A DNA stretch of 64,000 nt from Candidatus Caldarchaeum sp. (GTDB lineage: Archaea > Thermoproteota > Nitrososphaeria_A > Caldarchaeales > Caldarchaeaceae). Made by a program: the position numbers and the translations under genes. Below the pieces are notes generated by a model that made no database searches, had not been told where the DNA came from, and was given only the letters and a program-made list of their open reading frames with translations. Positions within the stretch are counted from its first letter, which is position 1. Each line of letters opens with the position of its first letter. The stretch lies in the NCBI GenBank assembly GCA_033580815.1, contig JAVQUC010000002.1, forward strand, positions 4,259-68,258, read 5' to 3'. Shown here in pieces: positions 30,641 through 40,049 of the stretch.

Positions 30641-33600
30641 ATCTCGGGCTCCTCCAAAATGATACGCGGGTGTATGCACATGCTCATCATCTCGTTGAGA
30701 AGCAGGTAGAATGCGTAGGACATAGACACCGCCTTAACCCTAACGTCTTTTCCGTCGACAGGACACACGAACCTTTCTTGCTTAAGGTCGTAATAGCAAG
30801 GCAGACCACATCTTTCGCAGAAATACGCTGTGTACTTATCGCTCTGCTCCAACAGCCTGTCAAGCAGGAGATAAGACGCACCATAAGCTATCAAACAGTC
30901 TCTCTCCATTTCTCCGAATTTGAGCCCACCACCCCTAGACCTTCCTTCGGTCGGCTGTCTAGTCAACATCTGGACCTGTCCACGCGAACGGGCGTGGATT
31001 TTGTCGCGGACGAGGTGGTGAAGCCTCTGGTAGTAAACAACGCCGACGAAAATCTCTGCTTCAAGTGGTTTACCAGTGACTCCGTTATAAAGGATTTCGC
31101 GTCCGTTACTCTTGAACCCAAGTGCTTCGAGCTCAGCCCTTAATTCGTTGAGTGGTTTTCCGAGGAAAGGTGTCCCGTCGACGAGCTCGGCTTTCACGCT
31201 TGCCAGTTTTCCCGCGAGGCTTTCGATAAGCTGGCCGATGGTCATCCGTGATGGGAAGGCGTGTGGGTCGATCAGGAGGTCTGGAACTATTCCGTCCTTG
31301 GTGTAGGGCATGTCTTCGTGGGGTAACAACATGCCGACGACCCCTTTCTGCCCGTGTCTCGAGGAAAATTTGTCTCCTATTTCGGTGAAGCAGGTCGAGC
31401 GGACTTTCGCTTTTACCAGCAGGTTTCCTTCGGCGTTGATTGTGATGAAGATGTTTTCGACGTTGCCGGTTTCAGACGGCTGAACGGCCTCTGAAGAGTC
31501 CCTCCACACCATCTCACGTGTCGGAACACGTTGGTATTCTTCGAGGAAACGCGGCGGGCTCATCATTCCGACTATCACCGTTCCGCCCGAGACATCTGAC
31601 TCTATGTGGGCGAACCCGTCTCTGTCAAGAACTTTGTAGAACTGTTCCCCCCTGAAGCCTCTGACAGAAGGGTCTGGTATACCAAATTTATCCCTTTGTC
31701 CTCCAGGAGTCTGCCGTGCCTCGACTTCGTAAATTCTCCAGCTGAGAGAAAGGCCTAAACCTCTCTCTACTGAAGACCGGTTTAATACAACCGCGTCCTC
31801 CATGTTGTAGCCTTGTCCCGTCAGAATGGCTACAACCATGTTCTGCCCAGACGGTCGGGAGTTTAGGCCGATGATGTCGGCTGTCCGCGTTGTTACTATA
31901 GGTTTCTGCGGGTATACGAGAAGATGACTCCGAGAGTCTGTTCGGATGGCGTAATTGGAAGCGAAAACTCCTAAAGCCTGTTTAGCCATGGCCCCTTCGT
32001 AGACGTTCCGCGGAGACTGGTTATGCTCCGCGTATGGGATAACTGAGGCAGCGACGCCGAGCATGGCGAAGGGCGAGATGTCTAGGTGGGTGTGTTCGGC
32101 AGTGACCTTGTCCGGCGATACCGCGACCAATGCGTTTTCCTCCTCTTCGGCGTCTAGATATTCGATGATTCCAAGGCTTACGAGGTCTCTGAATTTTGAA
32201 GTCTTTTTCCTCACAAGCTCGACGTGTTGCTTCTGAAGTAGGGGCTGACCGTTATGCACAACGACCAAAGGCCTTCTAATTCTTCCCTCGTCGGTGTTTA
32301 TCACAACTTCTTGAACATGCGGGTATGTGTAGAGCGCAACGTTGATGTTTTGACTAATTAACCCTTCTCTTCTCAGCCTACGCAGCTCGTTGACGAGCAT
32401 GACCGCGTTTTGATGATATCCTTCAAGAACTCCGTCAATGAAAACCTTAACATTCCGTGGACTTTTCCTCTTCGTTATCACGTCTGTCAAGGTTATGATG
32501 TCGAGCTGGAACAGCTTCTCGAAGAAATCCTTCTTGTTGGCTTGGAAAGATACCTCGGCCGATAGGGCGAGGTTTTTGACTAGTCCAGCGTTACTCCCTT
32601 CAGGCGTCTCGCATGGACACAGCCTTCCCCAATGTGTTCCATGAAGGTCTCTCGCCTCAAAATGCGGCTGACCTCTGCTGAGAGGAGACTGAACCCTTCG
32701 TAGATGGCTGAGCGTGGCCATGTAATTAGTTCTGTTGAGTAGCTGCGTGACCCCAACTCTGCCGCCAGGCCAGTTACCTGTTGCAAGAGCGTGTCGCACA
32801 AACTCAGAAACAATCCCGTGACGCACGTAGGTAGATATCGAGATGGGCTGCCGAGTCGGTATTATTCTCTCAAGCTGATACCTCAGGTCGCGGAGAAGCT
32901 TCACAAAAGCCATCCGATAAAGCTCTGTCAACAATCCAGATTCGAGTTTCAACCTTTTGTTAGCGTAGTGGTCGCGGTCGTCGGGTTCTCGTATGCCAAG
33001 ACTAGTTTCCAAAACCCTTCCAATCATTTCGCAAAGATGAACAGCCTTCTTGAGCCTAGCTGATTTGCTTGTACCGAGATGCAGGAGGAACATGGTGTCG
33101 ATGATTTGCTCGGCCTTCTCCAGCCTGTATTCCTCAGCATATCCGAAGGCGATCCTGCTACCTATGTAGTCGAGGGCTTGGTCGACAGTTTCAACCCCCT
33201 CCGCCTCGCGGAAACTAGGCTCAAGAAGTTCCTGAACCTCCTTAAGCGGAGAAACAAAATTGGCTATCTCCTGGTCTTTGGTCATTCCGAGGGCTCGCAG
33301 CATTATTATGGCCGGAACACCTTTGTAGATGCGTGAAAAATAGACCTTGATGGGTGAGTCTTTTCGGTAGCTTACCTCAACCCTTATCTGTCTTCCATGT
33401 GCCGCTGAAAGAACAACAGCCGAATACTGTGGCCTTCCATCCCCCTCTTTTTTCGTAACAATAATCCTGTTCGGAGCAAGGTCTTCGACGGCCACGATAA
33501 CTCTTTCGGAACCGTTGATGATGAAGTAGCCACCCGGGTCGTTTGGGTCTTCACCGTGGGCGAGAAGCTCGTCATGAGACATTTTGGAGAGGGGACAGAT

Positions 33601-33990
33601 CTCCGATTTGACCATCACAGGAATGTTCCCAATCCAAACGTTCTCGGGCGGAGCTAGTGGTTTGCCGTCGAGAAAGATGCTCATTTTGACATACAGCGGG
33701 GCTTCGTACGTAAGGTTTCGGAGCCTGGCTTCCCATGGATAAAGTGGTTGTGGGTTCGGAGCGTCAATCTCCCTTTTCGTCGGAATGTCCACAAATACTT
33801 GACCGAATTTAACGACTACTGTTCCGTGCTTGGTCTTGATCTCATATTCGCCGATGGATTTGATGAGCTCCTGTAATCCCTCTTTGACAAAATAGTTGAA
33901 TGATTTTATATGGTGTTGGACGAGTCCTTCGTCTTCGAGGTTCGATTTGAAAACATCCCACAAATCGTCCTTGGTTAACGGAGAAGCCAT
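30637..33990 (-). CDS. rpoB: RNA polymerase subunit B, unsplit
   Basis: GGYFIINGSER, ETPEG, GDKFSSRHGQKG, GGLKFGEMERD, C-terminal Zn motif. Confidence 0.97.
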   Translation of the reverse strand: MASPLTKDDLWDVFKSNLEDEGLVQHHIKSFNYFVKEGLQELIKSIGEYEIKTKHGTVVVKFGQVFVDIPTKREIDAPNPQPLYPWEARLRNLTYEAPLYVKMSIFLDGKPLAPPENVWIGNIPVMVKSEICPLSKMSHDELLAHGEDPNDPGGYFIINGSERVIVAVEDLAPNRIIVTKKEGDGRPQYSAVVLSAAHGRQIRVEVSYRKDSPIKVYFSRIYKGVPAIIMLRALGMTKDQEIANFVSPLKEVQELLEPSFREAEGVETVDQALDYIGSRIAFGYAEEYRLEKAEQIIDTMFLLHLGTSKSARLKKAVHLCEMIGRVLETSLGIREPDDRDHYANKRLKLESGLLTELYRMAFVKLLRDLRYQLERIIPTRQPISISTYVRHGIVSEFVRHALATGNWPGGRVGVTQLLNRTNYMATLSHLRRVQSPLSRGQPHFEARDLHGTHWGRLCPCETPEGSNAGLVKNLALSAEVSFQANKKDFFEKLFQLDIITLTDVITKRKSPRNVKVFIDGVLEGYHQNAVMLVNELRRLRREGLISQNINVALYTYPHVQEVVINTDEGRIRRPLVVVHNGQPLLQKQHVELVRKKTSKFRDLVSLGIIEYLDAEEEENALVAVSPDKVTAEHTHLDISPFAMLGVAASVIPYAEHNQSPRNVYEGAMAKQALGVFASNYAIRTDSRSHLLVYPQKPIVTTRTADIIGLNSRPSGQNMVVAILTGQGYNMEDAVVLNRSSVERGLGLSLSWRIYEVEARQTPGGQRDKFGIPDPSVRGFRGEQFYKVLDRDGFAHIESDVSGGTVIVGMMSPPRFLEEYQRVPTREMVWRDSSEAVQPSETGNVENIFITINAEGNLLVKAKVRSTCFTEIGDKFSSRHGQKGVVGMLLPHEDMPYTKDGIVPDLLIDPHAFPSRMTIGQLIESLAGKLASVKAELVDGTPFLGKPLNELRAELEALGFKSNGREILYNGVTGKPLEAEIFVGVVYYQRLHHLVRDKIHARSRGQVQMLTRQPTEGRSRGGGLKFGEMERDCLIAYGASYLLLDRLLEQSDKYTAYFCERCGLPCYYDLKQERFVCPVDGKDVRVKAVSMSYAFYLLLNEMMSMCIHPRIILEEPEI

Positions 33991-33991
33991 T

Positions 33992-34258
33992 TCACGACTC
34001 GCCCCAGACAACCCGATAGTAAACAGTCTCACCAGCAGTGGGGGACTTCCGCGTGATTTTTATTATGTCGCCAACTTTCGCTTTGAGGCGTTTAACCATC
34101 GGGTCGCTTGGAAGGATGTAGGGTAGCCTGTCACGACTAACCCCAAGACGTCTCAACAACTCCTCAGCTTCGTCACTTGGCAGCACTTCGTGCTTCGGGA
34201 CAAGAACATGCTCCGAGATATCAATCTCGATTTTTTCAACCGCTTTTTCCTTTGCCAT
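33992..34258 (-). CDS. rpoH: RNA polymerase subunit H (Rpo5)
   Basis: HVLVPKHEVL, LPYI..SDP, IKITRKSPTAG..YYRVV. Confidence 0.95.
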   Translation of the reverse strand: MAKEKAVEKIEIDISEHVLVPKHEVLPSDEAEELLRRLGVSRDRLPYILPSDPMVKRLKAKVGDIIKITRKSPTAGETVYYRVVWGES

Positions 34259-34469
34259 AGCTTCCACACCTAAAACGATAACGCTGCTATCAAACTTTAA
34301 ACGCTCACTAATAAGTGTTGGCTGCAGCGGACGCAGTTTACGCACTGGCGTAATTTACGCCTTGCTTAATGTTCACTTGCTATAGTTAACGGCCTCATAA
34401 CATCTCATCGAAGACAATCGACGGCATCACGTTAACATATTTAAATTCAAACCAATCTCTTAGAACAGC

Positions 34470-34544
34470 GGGCCCATAGCTCAGCCAGGTCAGAGCGGCC
34501 GGCTCTTAACCGGCAGGTCGCGGGATCAAAGCCCGCTGGGCCCG
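34470..34544 (+). tRNA. tRNA-Lys(CUU), intronless, CCA not encoded
   Basis: GGGCCCA/TGGGCCC acceptor, GCTC/GAGC D-stem, GCCGG-CT CTT AA-CCGGC anticodon arm, GCGGG/CCCGC T-stem; TTTAAAT TATA about 25 nt upstream. Confidence 0.95.
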
Positions 34545-34601
34545 AAAAATCCGTTTGAAAACTTGAGCGTGGTGTATGTCTGCGCTCCATATGTACGAAG
34601 A

Positions 34602-35345
34602 TCAAAGTCTTTTCACCCCGCGAATGATGTCCGACAATTTGTCCAAGCTCTTCTCGGCGGCCGTACCAGTCACGACGATGTCAGCGCCAGCCTTTGCGAC
34701 GTTTGCGGCGTCGGCGGAAGTTCTTATCCCCCCGCCCACCACCAAAGGTATTTCGATGGATTGTTTGACCGCTTGAATTATTTCTGAGGGAAGAGGGGCC
34801 GGTGCTCCCGACCCTGCCTCGAGGTAGAGAAACCGCATCCCAAGATACTGAGCAGCCAACCCATAACAGATAGCTACTTCACGATGGTTCGGAGAAAGAG
34901 GCAGAACACGGCCCATTGCCGCGACGGTGCTTTCATGCCCGAAAACAACGTAGCCCATCGGAATCGCTTCCAGATTGAATGCTCTAACGGTCAAGGCGCC
35001 TTGAAGCTGCGCCCCCACTATGTAATACCAGTCAACGCTGTTGAGAAGACTCATAAACCAAATCGCGTCGGCGTACTTGGAGATCGACTGAACGTTGTTA
35101 GGAAAAATCAGGACGGGAAGGTTTGTCCTGCTCTTTATAGCCAAGATGTATCTGTCAAGATGTTCTTGAGTATGAAGCGTCGAGCCCCCGACCATTATCG
35201 CGTCAGAGCCGGCTTTCTCAACGTATTCCGATATCTCAGCGGCTTTCTCAAGCGAGACGCTTATTGGGTCGATTAGAGTCATGTGAAGCTTTTCTCCCGA
35301 ACCAATCTTAGACAAAACGTAGTTTTCAACCCTGCCCCGCTTCAA
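34602..35345 (-). CDS. Geranylgeranylglyceryl phosphate synthase (group II)
   Basis: HMTLIDP, DAIMVGGST, LIFP, FMSLLNS, YLEAGSGA, VGGGIR. Confidence 0.92.
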   Translation of the reverse strand: MKRGRVENYVLSKIGSGEKLHMTLIDPISVSLEKAAEISEYVEKAGSDAIMVGGSTLHTQEHLDRYILAIKSRTNLPVLIFPNNVQSISKYADAIWFMSLLNSVDWYYIVGAQLQGALTVRAFNLEAIPMGYVVFGHESTVAAMGRVLPLSPNHREVAICYGLAAQYLGMRFLYLEAGSGAPAPLPSEIIQAVKQSIEIPLVVGGGIRTSADAANVAKAGADIVVTGTAAEKSLDKLSDIIRGVKRL

Positions 35346-35583
35346 CGGTTTTTTCTCCCCTCATCACAATATCGTACCACTTTGTGTAGGCGTCGACGTT
35401 GCTGTAGGATGGAAACCATGGAACTTCCGCTGTTGCCTTGCAGTTCCCACAAGCAACAGAGGCCTTATCGCTCCCCCTCTCATGAACAACCGTCACAGCA
35501 ACAGCTCCGCAGAGAGGACATGAGAATACGTTTGGAAAAGGCCTCGGCGTCCTCTTGATTATCTTCCTCCTTTTCCTCCCCAT
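35326..35583 (-). CDS. elf1: Transcription elongation factor Elf1
   Basis: MGRKRRK, FSCPLC..CGNC Zn ribbon, VDAYTKWYD. Confidence 0.88.
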   Translation of the reverse strand: MGRKRRKIIKRTPRPFPNVFSCPLCGAVAVTVVHERGSDKASVACGNCKATAEVPWFPSYSNVDAYTKWYDIVMRGEKTVEAGQG

Positions 35584-35629
35584 CGTTAGTTCAAGTAAAA
35601 CTTAACACATACGGTGCATTTAAACTCAA

Positions 35630-36268
35630 TTGAAAATGCCTAAACAGGAAGAGATGGCCAAAAAACGGCCCATAATAGCGGTCGTAACTCGAGACCTTCG
35701 GTTCGCAAAGCGAGTAATCGATGAGGCCCGTAGAAGGGGAATCGATGCGAAACATTTCAACAACTTAGAGGAGGTGTCATTATCGGCGCACGCTATCATA
35801 GCAAAAAAGGGCGAAATCGACAACACAACCGACGAACGAGTAGTCCTATTAAACCAAGACATGACACCGACCGCTATCATAGACAAAGCAATCGAAGTAG
35901 GACTCTGCAAGAGAAATGTAAGAAAAGCGGTTGTCGTGATAGACCCAGGCAAGAAAACCGGCGTTGCTTTTTTCGCGGACGAAATTTTACTGAGATCAGA
36001 GACGTACTATCAAAACGACGTCCTTTCACAAGATTTGGCGGATTTTTTCAAAAATCATGTTGACTGCAAAAAATGCATTTACGTCGGAGAAGGAGCACCT
36101 CAATTCCGCGAGCAACTGATCTCACACCTAACATCAAGAATTCCGAAAATAACCCCCGACATGATAAAGATACTCCCTGAAAAAAATTCTTCTCGGCTGG
36201 CCGGGGGAAAAGACGAAATAGCGGCGACCGTCATTTCGAGAATGCGGAGATCGCGTAAGGTGTTGTGA
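35630..36268 (+). CDS. Hypothetical protein with C-terminal RNase H-fold (YqgF-like) domain
   Basis: VIDPGKKTGVA, YVGEG, LPEKNSS, DEIAATVI match the spacing of YqgF/RuvX-type motifs. Confidence 0.55.
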   Translation: MKMPKQEEMAKKRPIIAVVTRDLRFAKRVIDEARRRGIDAKHFNNLEEVSLSAHAIIAKKGEIDNTTDERVVLLNQDMTPTAIIDKAIEVGLCKRNVRKAVVVIDPGKKTGVAFFADEILLRSETYYQNDVLSQDLADFFKNHVDCKKCIYVGEGAPQFREQLISHLTSRIPKITPDMIKILPEKNSSRLAGGKDEIAATVISRMRRSRKVL

Positions 36269-36271
36269 AAG

Positions 36272-37420
36272 TTGGAGATTTCCGGTGGAAAGACACTTTT
36301 GGTTGACGGGCCTGCAGCCATCAAACTTCTTGAAGGAAGTGTATCAGTTTTCGGATGTAGGCTCAAACCCAGAACGACCTACGTTTTAAGACCTTGGAGA
36401 AGATACCCGATATACGCGCTGCAGGATTCAAAAATCGAAATTAACCCAGGAACGGACTCCAAGGCCACTGTCGTTGAGTCAGGGGACACAACTTGTGAAT
36501 GGAAGCAAGTGGTTGAGAAGATTGAAGACAAAAGAATGTTGGCTGTTTGCGGACCTATCGACAGCGGTAAGACATCGTTCACCACGCTGGCCGCGAACAT
36601 CTTTGCCGAAAAACATGGCCAGTGTGTGGTGGTTAGCTTAGACCCCGGGCAGTCCTATTTTACCCCACCGAGCGTGGTGGGAGCAGCCTATCTGCGTGAG
36701 CCGGTTCACGACCTCGTCATGTTAAAGCCCTTTTTCCAATCACCAGTTGGCTCGACATCCGCCGCCGCATGTGCTGAAGCTTTAGCCGAAGCAGCTGAAG
36801 AAATTTTCAAACAAATTCCGAAGGAATTTCCAGTTGTGGTGGACGTGGACGGATGGGTCGAAGGGCCTCTTGCTGTGTCTCACAAAACCTTGGTTTTGAA
36901 AACCTTGGGGTGCGCTAGCGCCGTGATTTTGGGAGAAAATTTTAACCAGTTAAAGAACGCATTCTCACAAGCTGGAATTCAAGTCGAAGAAGTTAATGTT
37001 TCAGCCTACGTTAAACAAAGAGACCAGCTCGAGCGCAGAAAAACCCGCGAATGGCTTTACAGAAAATTCCTTGGAAAACCAACTCTAAAGATAATTCCAT
37101 CAACATGGGTAATTCTCGAAACAGCGTGTAAGAAAATTGACCCGTTGGCCCTCTTGAAGGAATCGGTAGAGGTGCTTGGAAAGACATCAAGCGAAGCAAC
37201 CGCATCTTCTGAACATGCGACCGCGAGGAAAAAAACAGGCCTTATCTCATACTTCTACGATTCGCAGAATCGTTACCAAGGGATTGGGTTGTTTCTCGGT
37301 TTTAACAGGGAAAAAAACGGTTACAAAATTCTCTCAACAGTCGAGAAGGAGATAGGCAAAATAGTGTTGGGAAGGATTGTGTTGTCGGAGGAAGGTGATG
37401 AAATTCTTCAGTTAAACTAG
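36272..37420 (+). CDS. Clp1/Grc3/Nol9-family polynucleotide 5'-hydroxyl kinase
   Basis: GPIDSGKTS P-loop, LDPGQ, DVDGW, ERRKTRE..YRKF. Confidence 0.85.
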   Translation: MEISGGKTLLVDGPAAIKLLEGSVSVFGCRLKPRTTYVLRPWRRYPIYALQDSKIEINPGTDSKATVVESGDTTCEWKQVVEKIEDKRMLAVCGPIDSGKTSFTTLAANIFAEKHGQCVVVSLDPGQSYFTPPSVVGAAYLREPVHDLVMLKPFFQSPVGSTSAAACAEALAEAAEEIFKQIPKEFPVVVDVDGWVEGPLAVSHKTLVLKTLGCASAVILGENFNQLKNAFSQAGIQVEEVNVSAYVKQRDQLERRKTREWLYRKFLGKPTLKIIPSTWVILETACKKIDPLALLKESVEVLGKTSSEATASSEHATARKKTGLISYFYDSQNRYQGIGLFLGFNREKNGYKILSTVEKEIGKIVLGRIVLSEEGDEILQLN

Positions 37421-37972
37421 CTTAACTAACCTGACGATTTTTTTCTGGACTAGCGCCTGGGCGTTGGCTGGGTAGATTGTTGCCACATCACCCTCTTTGA
37501 ATGGCCCGTAGCTTCTTAAGTCTTCACCAACGAATTTTGGAAAGTCTCTCAAAAAAACCACTATCTCTAGTTTTTCCTCCTCCTCGGCGAGAAGGGATTT
37601 TGGGTTGCTTAAGCTGTTCTTTATCCTTTCGACATGCTGTAAAAGGGTGCGTTGAATATTGTTGAGGGTTCTTTTTTCGAATGGAAGAGTGTTCTCGATG
37701 GAGTATTGGTTGAAAGCTGCTTCAACAATCTTGCTGAACCGTATCCTCAGTAATGATTCTAGAAGATGTGAAATCATTTCTAGTTCGGCTTTTCTGACGT
37801 AGGTGTTCGGTGATTCTCTTTCACTCAACCTGACTTGACGGCGGATGCTGCCGATGTAACTGCATAATTTCTCGAGAAAATCTTCGGGTATCTGCTGAAG
37901 CTCGCGGTCAAGCCTCTCTCTTTTCCAAAGTTCGAGAAGTCTTTCGTAAACATCCTCCATGTCAGACCTCAT
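37412..37972 (-). CDS. GINS subunit Gins15/Gins51
   Basis: Helical A domain then B domain PKFVGEDLRSYGPFKEGDVATI..ANAQAL; follows priS. Confidence 0.85.
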   Translation of the reverse strand: MRSDMEDVYERLLELWKRERLDRELQQIPEDFLEKLCSYIGSIRRQVRLSERESPNTYVRKAELEMISHLLESLLRIRFSKIVEAAFNQYSIENTLPFEKRTLNNIQRTLLQHVERIKNSLSNPKSLLAEEEEKLEIVVFLRDFPKFVGEDLRSYGPFKEGDVATIYPANAQALVQKKIVRLVKLV

Positions 37973-37987
37973 GTCATACCCTGGGTT

Positions 37988-39220
37988 TTATGGGTTTGCC
38001 AAGGTGGCTAAGCCTTTGCACATGAGGTAGACTGCTGCGAAGGCTGGAAGAGTCACGACCTCGTTTTTATAGGGTCCGAACGATTCTTCCCCGAGGACGA
38101 AATGCGGAGAATGAACAACTCTCACCTTTAATCGAGGTTCTTCTGGGATGACGACAGCTTTCTGCAATGGGTTGAAGTCTTGGAATTCATCGACTTTGAC
38201 GACTGCTGCTTTCAAACCAGTTTTCCCGTTCAGTGTATCTGCGAGACGCAGAAGGCGATGAATATCTGTTGTGACCACTGTGTCAACGTGAGAAGATAAA
38301 TTTTCGACGGCTAGAGATACGATCGACTCCAAGACCGCTTTTTTACCGATGCTAAGCATTTCCCATCTGGGTTTATTGGACCAATGGCTAGCTATCCTCT
38401 GAAGCTCTTTCAACCGCCGGGACCCAACCATATTTTCTAACCTTCGATAAACCTGATTTTCACCGTCAGCAAGACTCGCCAAGATTTTTTTGGTCTCCTT
38501 CGCTATTCTCCCGCGCCATCCCGGCTCGGTGGAGTCTAGAGAGAGGCCGCTCGTTTGTGTCACTATTCCATGCATTCTCAAATCCATCCGGCTTCCGGTT
38601 ACGTAGTCGACGATCTCCTGTCTTTCAGCCCTGCCCAACTCGAGCACATCCTCCGACGGAACCGAAAGATGATATCCACGGTTCCCAGAAAAGCTAATGA
38701 CCAGATTCTCCAGACCAAAGTCTTTTTCCATGAATTCGAGGAGTCGCATCATCTCTTTCTTCGTCTTATCCAAACAAATTCCACATGTCATACGGACATC
38801 CACTGTTTCACCACTGCAATAGGGGCATTTCGTGGATTTTTCAACGAGTTTTCGTCCACATGAGGCACAGATTAGGTAGTCATGTTCTTCCTTGCACGAG
38901 GTCTGCAGGTGGTCGGCGTCGATGTCGAAAATGAGTTCAGCGCCCAACCACCCTTTTTCCTCCATCGGAGCCTGTGGATAGTTGTAGATGGCGGCTGATC
39001 GATAGACGTGAAGTGGCGCCTCTTTGACAAGCGTTTTGTGGAATTCCGCATGATTGCGGAAAGAAAGATGCCTTACCATAATTTTCTGTCCGAAAGGAGT
39101 GTAACCTAGTTCCCTCTTTTCGAAATCAAATGGGATAAAAGGGTTTGTGTAGTCCTTCTCGTAGTATCTCCGAAAAAACTGCTGAACCATCTGGGCGTCA
39201 GTGATATTCCTGAAACTCAT
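37988..39220 (-). CDS. priS: DNA primase small (catalytic) subunit
   Basis: EKRELG, VYRSAA.Y, AELIFDIDAD, FSGNRGYH, DTVVTTDIHRLLRL..TLNGKTG. Confidence 0.95.
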   Translation of the reverse strand: MSFRNITDAQMVQQFFRRYYEKDYTNPFIPFDFEKRELGYTPFGQKIMVRHLSFRNHAEFHKTLVKEAPLHVYRSAAIYNYPQAPMEEKGWLGAELIFDIDADHLQTSCKEEHDYLICASCGRKLVEKSTKCPYCSGETVDVRMTCGICLDKTKKEMMRLLEFMEKDFGLENLVISFSGNRGYHLSVPSEDVLELGRAERQEIVDYVTGSRMDLRMHGIVTQTSGLSLDSTEPGWRGRIAKETKKILASLADGENQVYRRLENMVGSRRLKELQRIASHWSNKPRWEMLSIGKKAVLESIVSLAVENLSSHVDTVVTTDIHRLLRLADTLNGKTGLKAAVVKVDEFQDFNPLQKAVVIPEEPRLKVRVVHSPHFVLGEESFGPYKNEVVTLPAFAAVYLMCKGLATLANP

Positions 39221-39333
39221 TCTGAACCTCTCAAGCGACTGTAGATTGCATACAGAGCAACCACCACAAACCCCCCGATTATCAGCCAGTAGGAGGTAGT
39301 GTACAAAAGGTCCACGAACTGCTCAAGAGTCAT
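39217..39333 (-). CDS. 38-aa single-pass membrane microprotein (not in ORF track)
   Basis: MTLEQFVDLLYTTSYWLIIGGFVVVALYAIYSRLRGSE*; stop overlaps priS start (ATGA); TATATA about 30 nt upstream. Confidence 0.6.
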   Translation of the reverse strand: MTLEQFVDLLYTTSYWLIIGGFVVVALYAIYSRLRGSE

Positions 39334-39381
39334 GACAACCAACGACGACATTCGACCGCTCGATATATAGTTCTCGTGGTA

Positions 39382-39455
39382 TGGGCCGGGGCGGACTCGA
39401 ACCGCCGACCTCTGCCTCGTAAGGGCAGCGTCCTTCCAGGCTAGACCACCGGCCC
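39382..39455 (-). tRNA. tRNA-Val(UAC), intronless, CCA not encoded
   Basis: Reverse complement GGGCCGG..CTGCC-CT TAC GA-GGCAG..GGCGG TTCGAGT CCGCC CCGGCCC A. Confidence 0.95.
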
Positions 39456-39466
39456 GTCATCCTGCG

Positions 39467-39628
39467 CTACCTTTTGATTTCCCTTCTTTTCCATCTTAGG
39501 TTGTAGCTGCGGCATTTACGGCATTTAACTGCTGTCTTTGCATTTCTGGCTCCGCAGTTTCTGCATATTTTGATGATTAACCTTCGACTCTGAGCTAGTT
39601 GTAGTAGTGCAGGGTCTCTTATCGGCAT
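39467..39628 (-). CDS. rpl40e: 50S ribosomal protein L40e (not in ORF track)
   Basis: MPIRDPALLQLAQSRRLIIKICRNCGARNAKTAVKCRKCRSYNLRWKRREIKR*; KICRxCxARN..A.KCRKC...LR motif. Confidence 0.95.
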   Translation of the reverse strand: MPIRDPALLQLAQSRRLIIKICRNCGARNAKTAVKCRKCRSYNLRWKRREIKR

Positions 39629-39740
39629 GCCCCATTACAGTGGTTCGTGGATATTTATACGTGTCCAGCCGTCTCGTTCAAACCGATAGATAATCTATTT
39701 ATTGAACTAAATCTCTAAAGCTACGCGTAACGGTGAACAA

Positions 39741-40028
39741 GTGATGTCCGAGAAACAAATCGCGCCAACGGTTTTGGTAGGGAAGAAACCAGCGATGAGC
39801 TACGTTTTGGCTTGTCTGACGGGCTTCCAGAGCGGTTCGAAAGAGATCGTGGTGAAGGCAAGGGGTAAGGCCATCAGCAGGGCTGTCGACGTGGTGCAGA
39901 TCGTCAAAAACAGGTTTCTGACGAACCTCGTGGTTAAAGACATCCGCCTGGGAACGGAGCAGATAACCGACGAGCAGAACAGGACGGTTAACGTCAGCAC
40001 AATCGAAATTGTGCTGGGGGCTAGCTGA
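39741..40028 (+). CDS. albA: Chromatin protein Alba
   Basis: [36 protein letters not shown]. Confidence 0.95.
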   Translation: MMSEKQIAPTVLVGKKPAMSYVLACLTGFQSGSKEIVVKARGKAISRAVDVVQIVKNRFLTNLVVKDIRLGTEQITDEQNRTVNVSTIEIVLGAS

Positions 40029-40049
40029 GGGGCTTCTGATGCCCGTTAG

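Noticed and set aside
39511..39527. Tandem repeat GGCATTTAC-GGCATTTA in an apparent intergenic region
   Set aside because: It is the antisense of the KCRKC codons of rpl40e
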